In this document: positions 1 through 10,065 of the stretch, in pieces
Layout: the number at the start of each line of letters is the position of its first letter
How positions within the stretch are numbered: the stretch's first letter is position 1
Assembly: GCF_963506605.1 (NCBI RefSeq)
Contig: NC_083279.1
Location: 101,742,001 to 101,806,000 of the forward strand
Source of the DNA: Zootoca vivipara
Lineage: Eukaryota
Direction: 5' to 3'
DNA: 64,000 nt
Position numbers and translations under genes: made by a program
The notes under the pieces: generated by a model
Databases searched by the model: none
What the model was told of the DNA's origin: nothing
Seen by the model: only the letters and a program-made list of their open reading frames with translations

Positions 1-566
1 ACAGGCGTTCTTCTCCAGCTCTGGAGCCTAGTCTCTAGGTGCTTGGAAGCCATCCACTCCCAGCTCTGTTTCTTTCCATGGAGCTGGCATGGCGGGCATC
101 AAGGGCGCTTCCCAGCCCAAGGAAGGCACATGGCAGAGAGCTAGCTCTTTCTTGCCAAATATAACCCTTGCTAGGATGCAGCTATTCCCAGGTCTGCGCT
201 CTATGGAGACGCTGCAACAACAGGGGCAGTTCTCCCTCCCTCCGTTTATGCACCTCACAGCCAGAGACTGAGCCTGCATGGAAGCTGCCTCTGCCCTTCC
301 CTCTTCAGTCCGCTCCTGGTTCTGGGAGACAGAGGGGCAGAAGAAGGTGAGGAAACCCCTGGCCCTTCCCTTGCCTGGCCTGCCTCTTCCTCCTCTTCCT
401 CCAGCTCTGAAGCTTCCCCTGCCTCCGACTCTTGACTCCTGGCTGGTCCAGTTCCCCACAAATCACTGCCCCCCTCTTTCAAGCCAGACTCCAGCCCCTC
501 TCCCCCCAGCGTCCTGCCAATCGTAGACATCCCCTCTTGGGGGCTCATTGAGGGAAGCTCTGGGTT

Positions 567-896
567 TGAGTCATCCAGGACATGTCCCTTGTGGCTCCCA
601 TTGCGCCTTCATCTGTGCAATGGGTCTAAATGCCACATGAGGTCTGTGGGGTGTGTTTTGCCCCTGCAAAATGGTGAGCTTCCAGGGAGTCTCCTGGGCT
701 GTGTGCTCAGACCTGGTCCTGCTGATAAAGAGAGCAGCTGGGGCCTGATGCCTCCTCGAGAGAAGCAGCTATCGGGGCCTCCTGCTCGCCCCAGGGCACC
801 ACACCCCATAGCCAGCCTCTTCCCCCCTCCTGCTCCCCAGCCCCACCAAGCTGGGCCCCCAGAGGAGGAGGAGGAGATTTGGCCCAAGGTATAAAA
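567..896 (+). promoter_or_regulatory. Beta-globin proximal promoter
   Basis: TATAAAA 890-896; CCAAG 846-850 at the CCAAT-box position; CCACACCC (KLF1 box) 799-806; TGATAA (GATA) 723-728; TGAGTCA (AP-1/NF-E2 core) 567-573. Confidence 0.8.
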
Positions 897-982
897 GGCT
901 CCAGCCCTGGAAGGAGCTCCAGTTCAGCCCAGAAGGTTTTCTCCAGCAGCCCAGAGAAGCTCCCAGCCCACAGCCAGCCATC

Positions 983-2180
983 ATGGTGCACTGGACCGCC
1001 GAAGAGAAGCAGCTCATCACCACTGCCTGGGGCAAAGTGGACGTGGCCGCCATGGGGGCGGAGGCCCTTGCCACGTAAGGCCAGGGGTGGTCGCCTCTCT
1101 GGGCAGGGGGGCAGGGGCTCCTCTTTCCACCGGGATAATNNNNNNNNNNNNNNNNNNNNNNNNNNNNNNNNNNNNNNNNNNNNNNNNNNNNNNNNNNNNN
1201 NNNNNNNNNNNNNNNNNNNNNNNNNNNNNNNNNNNNNNNNNNNNNNNNNNNNNNNNNNNNNNNNNNNNNNNNNNNNNNTCTTCCCCTGGACCCGGAGGTT
1301 ATTCACTCACTTTGGGGACGTCTCCAGCCCTTCTGCCATCACTGCCAACGCCAAAGTCAAGGCGCACGGCCACAAGGTCCTGGCCACCTTCTCAGAAGCC
1401 GTCAAGAACCCCGACAAGGTCAAGGACACCTTTGCCAAGCTGAGCGAACTGCACTGCGACAAGCTCCACATGGATCCCATCAACTTCCTGGTGAGGCTGC
1501 TCCCCACCTCAAAGGGCTGCTGGGGGGAGGGCCGGGGGGGGGATGGATTCCAGGTGGGGAGAGGTCCTGGCTATCTTTCAAAATCCTTGTGGTCTCATCT
1601 CCTGGCGAGTCAGAGTGGGTGCCCCTCATCCGTGGGCACCTTCAGCCACGCCCTGAGCAAGCCAACCCTTTTTACCTCGACGGACTCTCTTGCCTTCTGG
1701 CCTTTCAAATGCAGCTTGTGGGCCTTTGCCCTTCCTCCTCCTGACTTGTCCCTGGTCAAGCAAGGATCTGTCCGCCTAGCAGAGGCCAAGCCCAGGAGGT
1801 CCCTGGCAGGGGCCAGGTTCCTTCTTGGCACCAAACCTCTCCTGGCATGGCAATGCCAACTGGGTTCTGCCTGTTGCCTCCTGGAGCGGCCTCTTTCCAG
1901 GGGACCCCAAACCCCTTCATTCAACCCAGATGGCCTTTGGGCTTGACTCTACAGCTGCCAGCTGTGGCTGTGTGGGGTGGGGGTTGTGGGGAGAAGGCAC
2001 ACAGCCCCCCTGGCAGAAGGAGTCACCCCCTCTTTTTGTTTTCTCTTCCAGATGCTGGGCGAGGTCCTCATCACCCTCCTGGCCGCCCACTTTGGGAAGG
2101 AATTCACCCCTGCTTACCACCATGCCTTCCACAAGCTGGTCAGGGTGGTGGCTCACGCAATGGCCCGCCGGTACCACTGA
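983..2180 (+). CDS. HBB: Hemoglobin beta-type subunit, 3 exons: 983-1074, ~1268-1490 (start hidden in N gap), 2052-2180
   Basis: Exon 1 [30 protein letters not shown](T), 92 nt, then gtaagg. Exon 2 FPWTRRLF...[10 protein letters not shown]...[17 protein letters not shown] then gtgagg. Exon 3 after ttccag, MLGEVL...AHAMARRYH*. Exons 1 and 3 have canonical sizes (92, 129); exon 2 start inferred from the canonical 223 nt. Phe CD1, His E7, His F8 and Cys93 present. Symbol denotes the family, not 1:1 orthology. Confidence 0.97.
1140..1278. other. Assembly gap hiding globin intron 1 acceptor and about 4 codons
   Basis: 139 Ns. Confidence 1.
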
Positions 2181-2280
2181 GACCCCCCCAGGGAGAAGCG
2201 GCAGCCTCCTGCTGGTCTCGCCACCCACCGGGTGGGGTGGGGGCCACCCCTTCCTGCCCCCATGTGACGCTTGACCCTCT

Positions 2281-2286
2281 AATAAA
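2281..2286 (+). terminator. Globin polyadenylation signal
   Basis: AATAAA 100 nt after the stop, followed by a GT/T-rich tract. Confidence 0.85.
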
Positions 2287-2380
2287 TTCTCCCTCTGCAA
2301 TCTGACTGGTTTCCTGTGTCTCTTTCTTTGGGATGGAGGGAGGGGAAGGGCTGGGGGGGGATGCCTTTGATAAGCTGGCT

Positions 2381-2552
2381 GGCAGGGGGGCTGGGAAAGT
2401 GGGGGGCTTCTTTATCCACTGTCACTCAAGAGGAACCATTGAGCACCAGTGGGGGGGGTTCAGGGTGCTGGTGGGGGGCTAGGAAAGTGGGGGGCTTCTC
2501 TCTCCTCTGTCACTCAAGAGGAACCATTGAACACCAGGGGGGTTCAGGGTGC
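2381..2552. repeat. Tandem duplication of a ~80-85 bp unit, degenerate third copy ~2935-2995
   Basis: gggggct(g/a)ggaaagtggggggcttct...ctgtcactcaagaggaaccattga.caccag...gggggttcagggtgctg occurs twice in tandem. Confidence 0.85.
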
Positions 2553-3448
2553 TGTGGCACTTGCAGAGTCAGGAGGGACCCCAAGAAATCATCTAGTCCA
2601 CCCCTGCAGGGCATGTTCCCCTTCCCACCTTTCCTGGCCAGTTGTCCTCCTTCTTTTACCTCCTGGGGAGACTTGAGAGACTCAGTGGGAGATGGCAGCT
2701 CTGCCAGTCACACCCTTGATGAATGACACCCTCTGCCACCTGCCCTGGTGTCCCCCCCCCCTCTCTGTCTCTCTCTCTCCTCTCTGCCCGCTGCTCCTAG
2801 CCCACCAAGATGTGGAGGCTGACCCAAGTCTGCCCCCTTTGGTGTGGCTTCTGTATTGCAGAGCAAACAAGCCTCAACAGAGAGACCAGGCGGGAGGGGA
2901 GGGTGTGAGGGGGAGGGGACGCCTCCTGTTAGCTGGTGGGAGTCTGGGAAAGTGGGGGGCTCTCCGGTGGGGGTGGGGTTTCAGGGCACTGTGACACTTT
3001 CCCCTTGACACTCCTGGCAGGCTCCCTCCAATGCTCCGAGGTCCAGTGGCCGTTGCCTTCCTCCTTCTGGGGAGACCGGGGTGGGGGTGGGGGTAGCGTG
3101 GCTGCCTGCTCTGGCTTCAGCCCCCTCCTGCTGGGGGCACCCAACCAGCGCACCAGGGACTCGACACAAAGTGCGCCCACAAGGCGGCACCCACCCTACC
3201 CCTCGGGAGCGAGGGCCTTCTGAGCTGGACAGCTACGCTGCAAGGACTGGACACCGGCATCTGCTTGACAGCTGGCCAGTCAGGGCCCATTGAACCTTAC
3301 AAATCGCAGGCTGGGCTGCAAAGGAGCTGGATTGAGCCTCCAGTGAATGGGAAAGACACAGAAATTCAACAGAAATAACCAAATGCAAGTTTTTATCCCG
3401 TTCCAATGGTAATAAAGGGTGTTACAGGGAAATTAGACGGGAGAGGCT

Positions 3449-3449
<1 letters not shown>

Positions 3450-3493
<44 letters not shown>
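3450..3493. repeat. (CA)n microsatellite
   Basis: Direct observation. Confidence 0.98.
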
Positions 3494-3494
<1 letters not shown>

Positions 3495-3640
3495 GGGTCT
3501 TGCCTCACCACGCTGCACATCACCCAAACCTCCTTCGTTCAGGTTCAAGACTCCATTCACAAAGTGCCTGTTTTATCAGAAACTCCAGATCCCTGACAGC
3601 AGCCCCAAATGTCCAGAAAATTAGCAGCAACCTCTGCAAA

Positions 3641-3983
3641 GGTGGTGCTGTGGGTTAAACCACAGAGCCTAGGGCTTGCTGATCAGAAGGTCAGTGGTTC
3701 GAATCCCCGTGAGGAGTGAGCTCCCATTGCTCGGTCCCAGCTCCTGCCAACCTAGCAGTTCGAAAGCACGTCAAAGTGCAAGTAGATAAATAGATACCGC
3801 TTCAAGCTGGAAGGTAAACGGTGTTTCCATGCGCTGCTCTGGTTTGCCAGAAACGGCTTTGTCATGCTGGCCACATGACCTGGAAGCTGTACAGTGGCTC
3901 CCTCGGCCAATAACACAAGATGAGCGCGCAACCCCAGAGTTGGTCACAACTGGACCTAATGGTCAGGGGTCCCTTGACCTTTA
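3641..3983 (+). mobile_element. Sauria SINE
   Basis: tRNA-like head (ggtggtgctgtgggttaaacc...ggttcgaatcc), core gcaagtagataaatag, ACCTTT tail, TSD tctgcaaagg (3633-3642 / 3984-3993). Confidence 0.9.
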
Positions 3984-4292
3984 TCTGCAAAGGCATCTGC
4001 AAGGGAAGCTCAGCTCAGTTTGCAGGAGGAGCCCCTGACTCCCCTCTAAGCCCCAGGTCTCCAACAAAGGAAAACAGGGGAAGGGTCAGAACCAAATCTA
4101 GCAATTCCCTGTTAACTGTATCTATGTACAGGCTCAATGGGAAAACTCTAGAAATTCACAAGACATCACTTTGTTGTATCCATCTTCTCAGTTCCAGTGG
4201 CATTTAGGACCCAGCAGAGACTGACTGGTTTCTCTCCAGAGGAAGGAACTGCATTTCTCATAGTCACAGATTTGGAATATAATAATGATTGA

Positions 4293-4336
<44 letters not shown>

Positions 4337-4781
4337 CATTATCATTTATTACTGGGTTTCCTCGGCCACTCTGGGCGGCTTCCAACAGAATATTAAAATA
4401 CAATAATCTATTAAACATTAAAAGCCTCCCTAAACAGGGCTGCCTTCAGATGTCTTCTAGTTGTTTTTCTCTTTGACATCTGATGGGAGGGCGTTCCACG
4501 GGGCGGGTGCCACCACTGAGAAGGCCCTCTGCCTAGTTCCCTGCAACTTGGCTTCTCGCAACGAGGGAACCGCCAGAAGGCCCTCGGTGCTGGACCTCGG
4601 TGTCCGGGCAGAACGATGGGGGAGGAGACGCTCCTTCAGGTATACTGGACCGAGGCCATTTAGGGCTTTCAAGGTCAGCACCAACACTTTGAACTGTGCT
4701 GGGAAACGTACTGGGAGCCAATGTAAGTCCTTCAAGACTGGTGTTATGTGGTCTCGGCGGCCGCTCCCAGTCACCAGTCTA
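4293..4781 (-). mobile_element. L2-type LINE 3' fragment with (AAT)n tail
   Basis: Encodes [18 protein letters not shown]...AFSVVAPAPWNALP, the L2 ORF2 C-terminus; near-identical copies elsewhere in the window. Confidence 0.9.
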
Positions 4782-4974
4782 CTGTAGAAGTAAGTCCATC
4801 AGGGCTTGCTTACTTCTGAGGAGACATGCACAGGCAGGTGGGCCTGGAGCTGCTGCCTGGACATGCAGAGAGTGACTCCTCCTTTGGCAGGGAAGGAGCA
4901 GCTTGCCAGCAGTTAACTCCTTGTGCGCTGGAAGTCCTCCCCCTGGCCCTTTGCACTGAACTGGCCCTTTGCAC

Positions 4975-5230
4975 AGAAACAGGAAGGCGGCGAAGCCCCA
5001 ACTAAAGAGGAATGGATTCAAAAGTTGATGGACTTTGCGGAAATGGAGAGCAAAAACAAGAAACAAAAGAGACAAAGTGTTCTTGGAAGAGTGGAGAGAT
5101 CCGTTGGGGACTATTTGAAGAACTGTTATGGTCAAATGAAAACATGGGCAGGGTTCGAATTATGAGCAGCAGAATGAAAACAATGATAAGTGAAATAGAG
5201 GCTTATTGTATTAAAGTATGGCATATAAAA
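4975..5230 (+). mobile_element. L1/Tx1-like LINE 3' remnant
   Basis: Peptide PTKEEWIQKLMDFAEM resembles the end of reptile L1-like ORF2; AT-rich tail. Confidence 0.5.
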
Positions 5231-5542
5231 CAGGAAGTGTTACAGAAATCAGAGGGGGGGCACATCTTTACATTTGTTAAATGTTACAAATATTATGCAT
5301 CAATGTATCCTTTCGACTTGACAGCTGAGGGAAGTTACCTAGCTTTAAAAATCATATAAAATCAACTCCTTTGCCAGTTTCCTCCATTCCAATGCTATTT
5401 TGCCCTTGAAAAGGGGATTCCAGGAAGTGCCCAGAGGTGACAATTGCTGAGCTGATTGTTGGCCAATCACCAGACTTGCCAAGGGGTCCAGACATGCAAA
5501 GGAAATTCTATTGTCTTTTGGGGAGGGGGTGAAACTTCAGAG

Positions 5543-5678
5543 CAGGCACCCCCAAACTGCGGCCCTCCAGATGTTTTGGCCTACAACTTCCATGATCCCT
5601 AGCTAACAGGACCAGTGGTCAGGGAAGATGGGAATTGTAGTCCAACACACCTGGAGGGCCGAAGTTTGGGGATGGCTG
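5543..5678. mobile_element. hAT-type MITE (~137 bp)
   Basis: Long TIRs caggcacccccaaact.../...agtttggggatggctg; 8-bp TSD cttcagag. Confidence 0.9.
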
Positions 5679-5960
5679 CTTCAGAGGTGTTTGCCTATGC
5701 TAATCTTTTACCTGGGTCTGGCCCTGACATGTCGGCTTATGCTAATCTTGAACCAAGGACTTGTCTGGACAGGTTTGCTAGTGTAGCCCCTGTCTACCCC
5801 TCCCCTTTGGTGACACGTCAGTGATGTAAAGATGATGTATCAATGATGCTGTGTGAACTGTATCCTGGGATGTGGTGGGAAGTTTTAAAAGTCAATGTCG
5901 CTCCTTGCTCTGGGTTCAATTCCTCTTTGAACCTGTTGCGCAATAAACTTTGGCCTACGC

Positions 5961-6097
5961 CAGGCACCCCCAAACTGCGGCCCTCCAGATGTTTTGGGCC
6001 TGCAACTCCCATGATCCCTAGCTAGCAGGACCAGTGGTCGGGGAAGATGGTAATTGTAGTCCCAAAACATCTGGAGGGCTGAGTTTGGGGGTGCCTG
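5961..6097. mobile_element. hAT-type MITE, same family
   Basis: TIRs caggca...tgcctg; 8-bp TSD gcctacgc/gtctacgc. Confidence 0.9.
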
Positions 6098-7659
6098 GTC
6101 TACGCAATTTGCTCTGGTTGGTGGCTGGACTCCCTTCTTTGTTCTGCAGGGACCCGTGGGCTCTGCCCGCAAGCAAGGTGGCTGAGCAGCCTTGCACCTG
6201 GAATTTTCCATAACAGCAAGTATAAGGTGGGAATAAAAATACGGAGCCCTCTCCTCCTCCATGAACTTGCCCAGGCCACTTTAAAGCCATCTGGGTTGCT
6301 GACCATCCCTGCCTCCTGCAGAAGGGAGTTCCACAGTTTAACAATGTGCTCTGTGAAAGGATGCTAGGGAGAGATAAGTGACAAGCGGTCCCAGGCCTCC
6401 CTGTGTGCCAATGGTCCAGCCTGGACACCTGCGTGTGAGTGTTGCAGAGGGTTGGACTAGATGACCCCTTGGGTCCCTTCCAGCTCTACAATTCTCTACA
6501 GCCCTTTCCCCCGACATTCGGCAGCGGGGAGAGGTGTGTCCTCAAAGCACCCCAATCCCACCCTCTGGGCCTCTTTCCCCCCCAGAGACCTGCTTCTCCT
6601 GCCCCCCTGGCCCTTCTCCAGAGGATATCCGGTTGTTTTGTGCCTCCGCTTCCTTCCCGGAGACTCGGGACAAAGCGTCTGCATCCCGGTTTCAGACAGG
6701 ATCACTGAGCAGATGGGTTGTCCCACCCACTTTGGCCCAAAGCCAGAGTCCGGGCCTGCCGTCATCTTGACCAGGACAAACAGGATCTTGCAAGGCCCCT
6801 GCAGAAAGGCAGGAAGACAGAAGCAAAGGAGCGGAGGGTCCACAAAAGCCGCAAGAGCTGTGGAACTCACTGCCACTGGATTCAAGGGGAAATGGCCAGG
6901 AATACAAGCAGGTTCAGAAGCCAGTGTGTTTTCTAGAATTTCATTTCCTTGGGTAAAGCTTGGTTTCATTCTCACATTCAGGGTCTGGAATAAGTGGCAA
7001 AGGCGATTCTGGGTTGGGTCTCCTGGTAACCATTGAAATGCCAGTCTGGGGGGTTAGCTAGTGTGTTGCAGCAATCAGAGTGTGGGACCAGGACTTGGGA
7101 GACCAGGGTTCAAATCCCACCCCCACCCCACCCCTGGCCCTGAAGCTCAGTGGGTGACCTCGTGCCAGCTACTCACGACCCCTTTGACTGGCAGAATGAT
7201 GCCCCTTGTGCTTTTGTAAGCACTCCATTTTTCAGTGGGCAATCCTTGCACTTTGGAACTCCCTGCCACATGACACCAGAGGGCGCTTTTGCAGGACTCT
7301 TCCAGCATCTTCTACTGCAGACAAGACCCCCCCCCCCACGCTTGCGAAGTCAATGCCAGCCTGGAGCTGTTTTTTCCAGCCTGTTGTTGTTTCAGCTTTC
7401 CAAAAGTCTTACATTCTTGCTCCTCATTCTTCTAATGGATACAGTAATTTCATTGCGTTTTTAAAATGTTTTTTTGGAAAGCGCTTTGAGGTTGTTGTTT
7501 TTTTACAATCAAGCGGTGTGCAAATTTTAGGGAATAAGTAAATAATGGAACGAGATTATAATTCTTTACATTTTAAGAATATATCATCATAAAAAGAGAG
7601 AGGAAAGGATGGGGCTTTTTTGACTTTTATTTAGTGATCTTGCAGCCCCCCACCCTGAC

Positions 7660-8086
7660 CTCCGCGCGCAGTCCAGAGCCATTTCGGGCCAATCCAGGCA
7701 TTGTCACCCCCCACCCGGGGACCCCTTTGCAGAGCCAGGTCCCAATCCCTTGCCAGACCAGCACCTCCACCATCGCCGTCCTGTCCTGTCCTGTCCTGTT
7801 GCCATTGGGGCGCCCCATGGCCGGCAGGGGATTTACTCCCAAGGAAACGCGCCGGCCTTTGCAGAAGCCTCCTTCTGGGCGGCGTGGGGAGGCGCGGCGC
7901 TCCGCACGCGCTCAGAGGTGCCCTCGCCCCCGCCGTGTCCGCCTGCGCTCGTGCACAGATGGAGGGAGGGGGGAGGGGGGATCCCCGCGGGGCCGCCTCC
8001 CCCTTCCTGTCTCCCGGCCGGAGCGAGCGGAAGTTTGGCGGCTGCCCAGCCAGCCGAGGAAGAAGGAGGAGGAGGAGGAGGAGCAG
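7660..8086 (+). promoter_or_regulatory. CpG-island promoter and non-coding exon 1 of the ANKRD50-like gene
   Basis: CpG-dense; ETS motif gcggaagt 8027-8034; strong donor CAG|gtaagc at 8086/8087; matching acceptor ctctctttctctcctag|g at 9957/9958. Confidence 0.75.
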
Positions 8087-10065
8087 GTAAGCCGGATTGG
8101 GGCGGGGAGAGAAGGACACGTTGCCGGGGGGGGGTAGAAAGATAAAATCTGGCCCCTACCCCTCCCTGCGCCCACCTTGCAGCGCCCCTCCCCCAGCAAA
8201 GGAGCCCCCCCCCGTAAAAGCTGCCCATTCTGCAGCCCCCCCCCCGACAGACAGGCGTCCACTTCTCCCCCTCCCTTGAGCTCTTTGCTCCCTCCCTAGT
8301 GCGAATGGGGGGTCTTTATTTCCTGCCCCCTTCAGCCCCCCCCCATTCCTCTGCTGAGCTCCGCCTCCCTGCAGGGCTGGCCGGTCCTCACCTCGTCTCG
8401 CCTTGCCAGCCCCCACCCCCCACCCCCACCCCACCGGGTGTCCCCTTCCGCACCCCCACCCACTCACCCACCCTACAAGCCCTCCGGCCCCGTTCCGCGA
8501 AATGGCCCCATTTCAAAGCTTCCGAGGGAAAGTCGAGGCCGTCTTGCTCTCCCCCCTCCCCGGAAGGATCCTGCATTCCTCGGCTTGCGGAGCCCGCTCT
8601 CCCCCCCCCCCCGGGCTTCCTGCTCCGTGCAGGGCAAGACCATGCAAGACTCGCCCTGGGCAGCCTCCCCCCCTCCCTTTCCTGCTCCTCCTTTCCTATA
8701 CCGGTAAATACCGCGGTGGGGGGGGCAGAGGGAGTGCCTCCCCATTGCACAAGGTGCGGCTGGGCATGTCTGACTGCAGCGGAGGGAGGGAGGGACTGGC
8801 CCGGCCTGGATGGTGCGCCCCCCCCGCCCTGCATGTAACACCCCTTTCCTTCCTGAACACTTGGGGGGGGGTTAAGCTCCAGGGCTGGGGGTGCGGAAGC
8901 ACATCCTGGTTCCCTCGCTTGGGGGGGAATCTCCTCTCTGATAGGGGGGAGGGAGGGAGTCGGCATCCTGCTCGCCTCCCTGGCTGGCTGGGTGCCCCCC
9001 CCCAAGCCGGGCGTCTACAGCAAGAGCACCTTGGGCAGGAGGGGGTTACTGGCCCGGCTGCTCGGGGTGGGGTGGGGTGGGGTGGGGGGATGAATCAGCA
9101 TCCGCTGCTCCTGCTGAGGCAGCCGCCCTGAGCACCCTGCCTGGCCGGGGCCCTTGGGTGCCCGCAGAAGGAAGAGGCCGGCAGCAGCAGGAGGGGGAGA
9201 GTCTGGCAGCAAAGGTCAGCCGGAGGGGGGGAGGGGGCCTGGAGGCGGGGGGGGAGGAGGGGTGCCATGGGTGGGACTGTCAGACTCAGACCCTGGACTC
9301 CATTGAGCTCCGTGGAGCCTGCTCTGACCGGCACCAGTTGCTCTCCAGAGCTCCTTCTGCATTCCAAGCAGGTGTTTTGCCCCTGAGGGAAAGCCTTTCC
9401 TTTCAGCCCTGGGGCCACAGAAAGCTCCCCTAGGCTGAGTTAGGCACCCAGCCCATCCGGTGCAGCAGCTTCTCTCTGGGATTTGGGGCAGGGAGCCCCT
9501 CCCCAGCCTTCCCAACGATGCCGCCCATTGGGGGTTGTACCGGGGACCTTCTGCTTTCCCACTCAGCTACCAGCCCTTGCCTCTGAGATGAAGCTCAGCA
9601 GAGCGCGAGATCCTCAGGGTGGTGGCTTCAAGCCGCGGGTTGGGCAAAAGGGCCCTGAATTGCAGCGGGTTGGGCTAGATGACCCTCGGGGTCCCTTCCA
9701 AGTCCCCCATTCCTGTTAGTCCTTCTAGTTCTTTAGGAAAAGCTGCTTGGTAACAGAACAGAGGAAGCTGCCTGCTGAGTCAGGCCCTGGGGGAAACTCA
9801 GCATTGCTTACTCTGACTGGCAGCAGTGGGGTTTCAGACGCAGGGGTCTTTCTCCCTGCCTGGATTGACATTCTGCATGCCAAGCGGGTGTTCTGACCTT
9901 GTGGCCCTTCCCCACAGTCACCTGGCCTAACTCCCCCCCACTCTCTTTCTCTCCTAGGCTTCTCCCCCACCCTACTTTCCAGCCCCCCATCTCGCCCGTG
10001 GAACCGACCCTGACCCCTCCCTCGGTGTCACTACCGCCCGGACCCCGCCATGCCCCCGGCCTGGC

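Noticed and set aside
879-1946. 355-aa ORF over the globin
   Set aside because: Read-through of promoter, N gap, exon 2 and intron 2; only the exon 2 part is coding.
5370-6150. Possible solo LTR around the two MITEs (also 23960-24280)
   Set aside because: AATAAA and LTR-like texture present, but termini and TSD could not be fixed.
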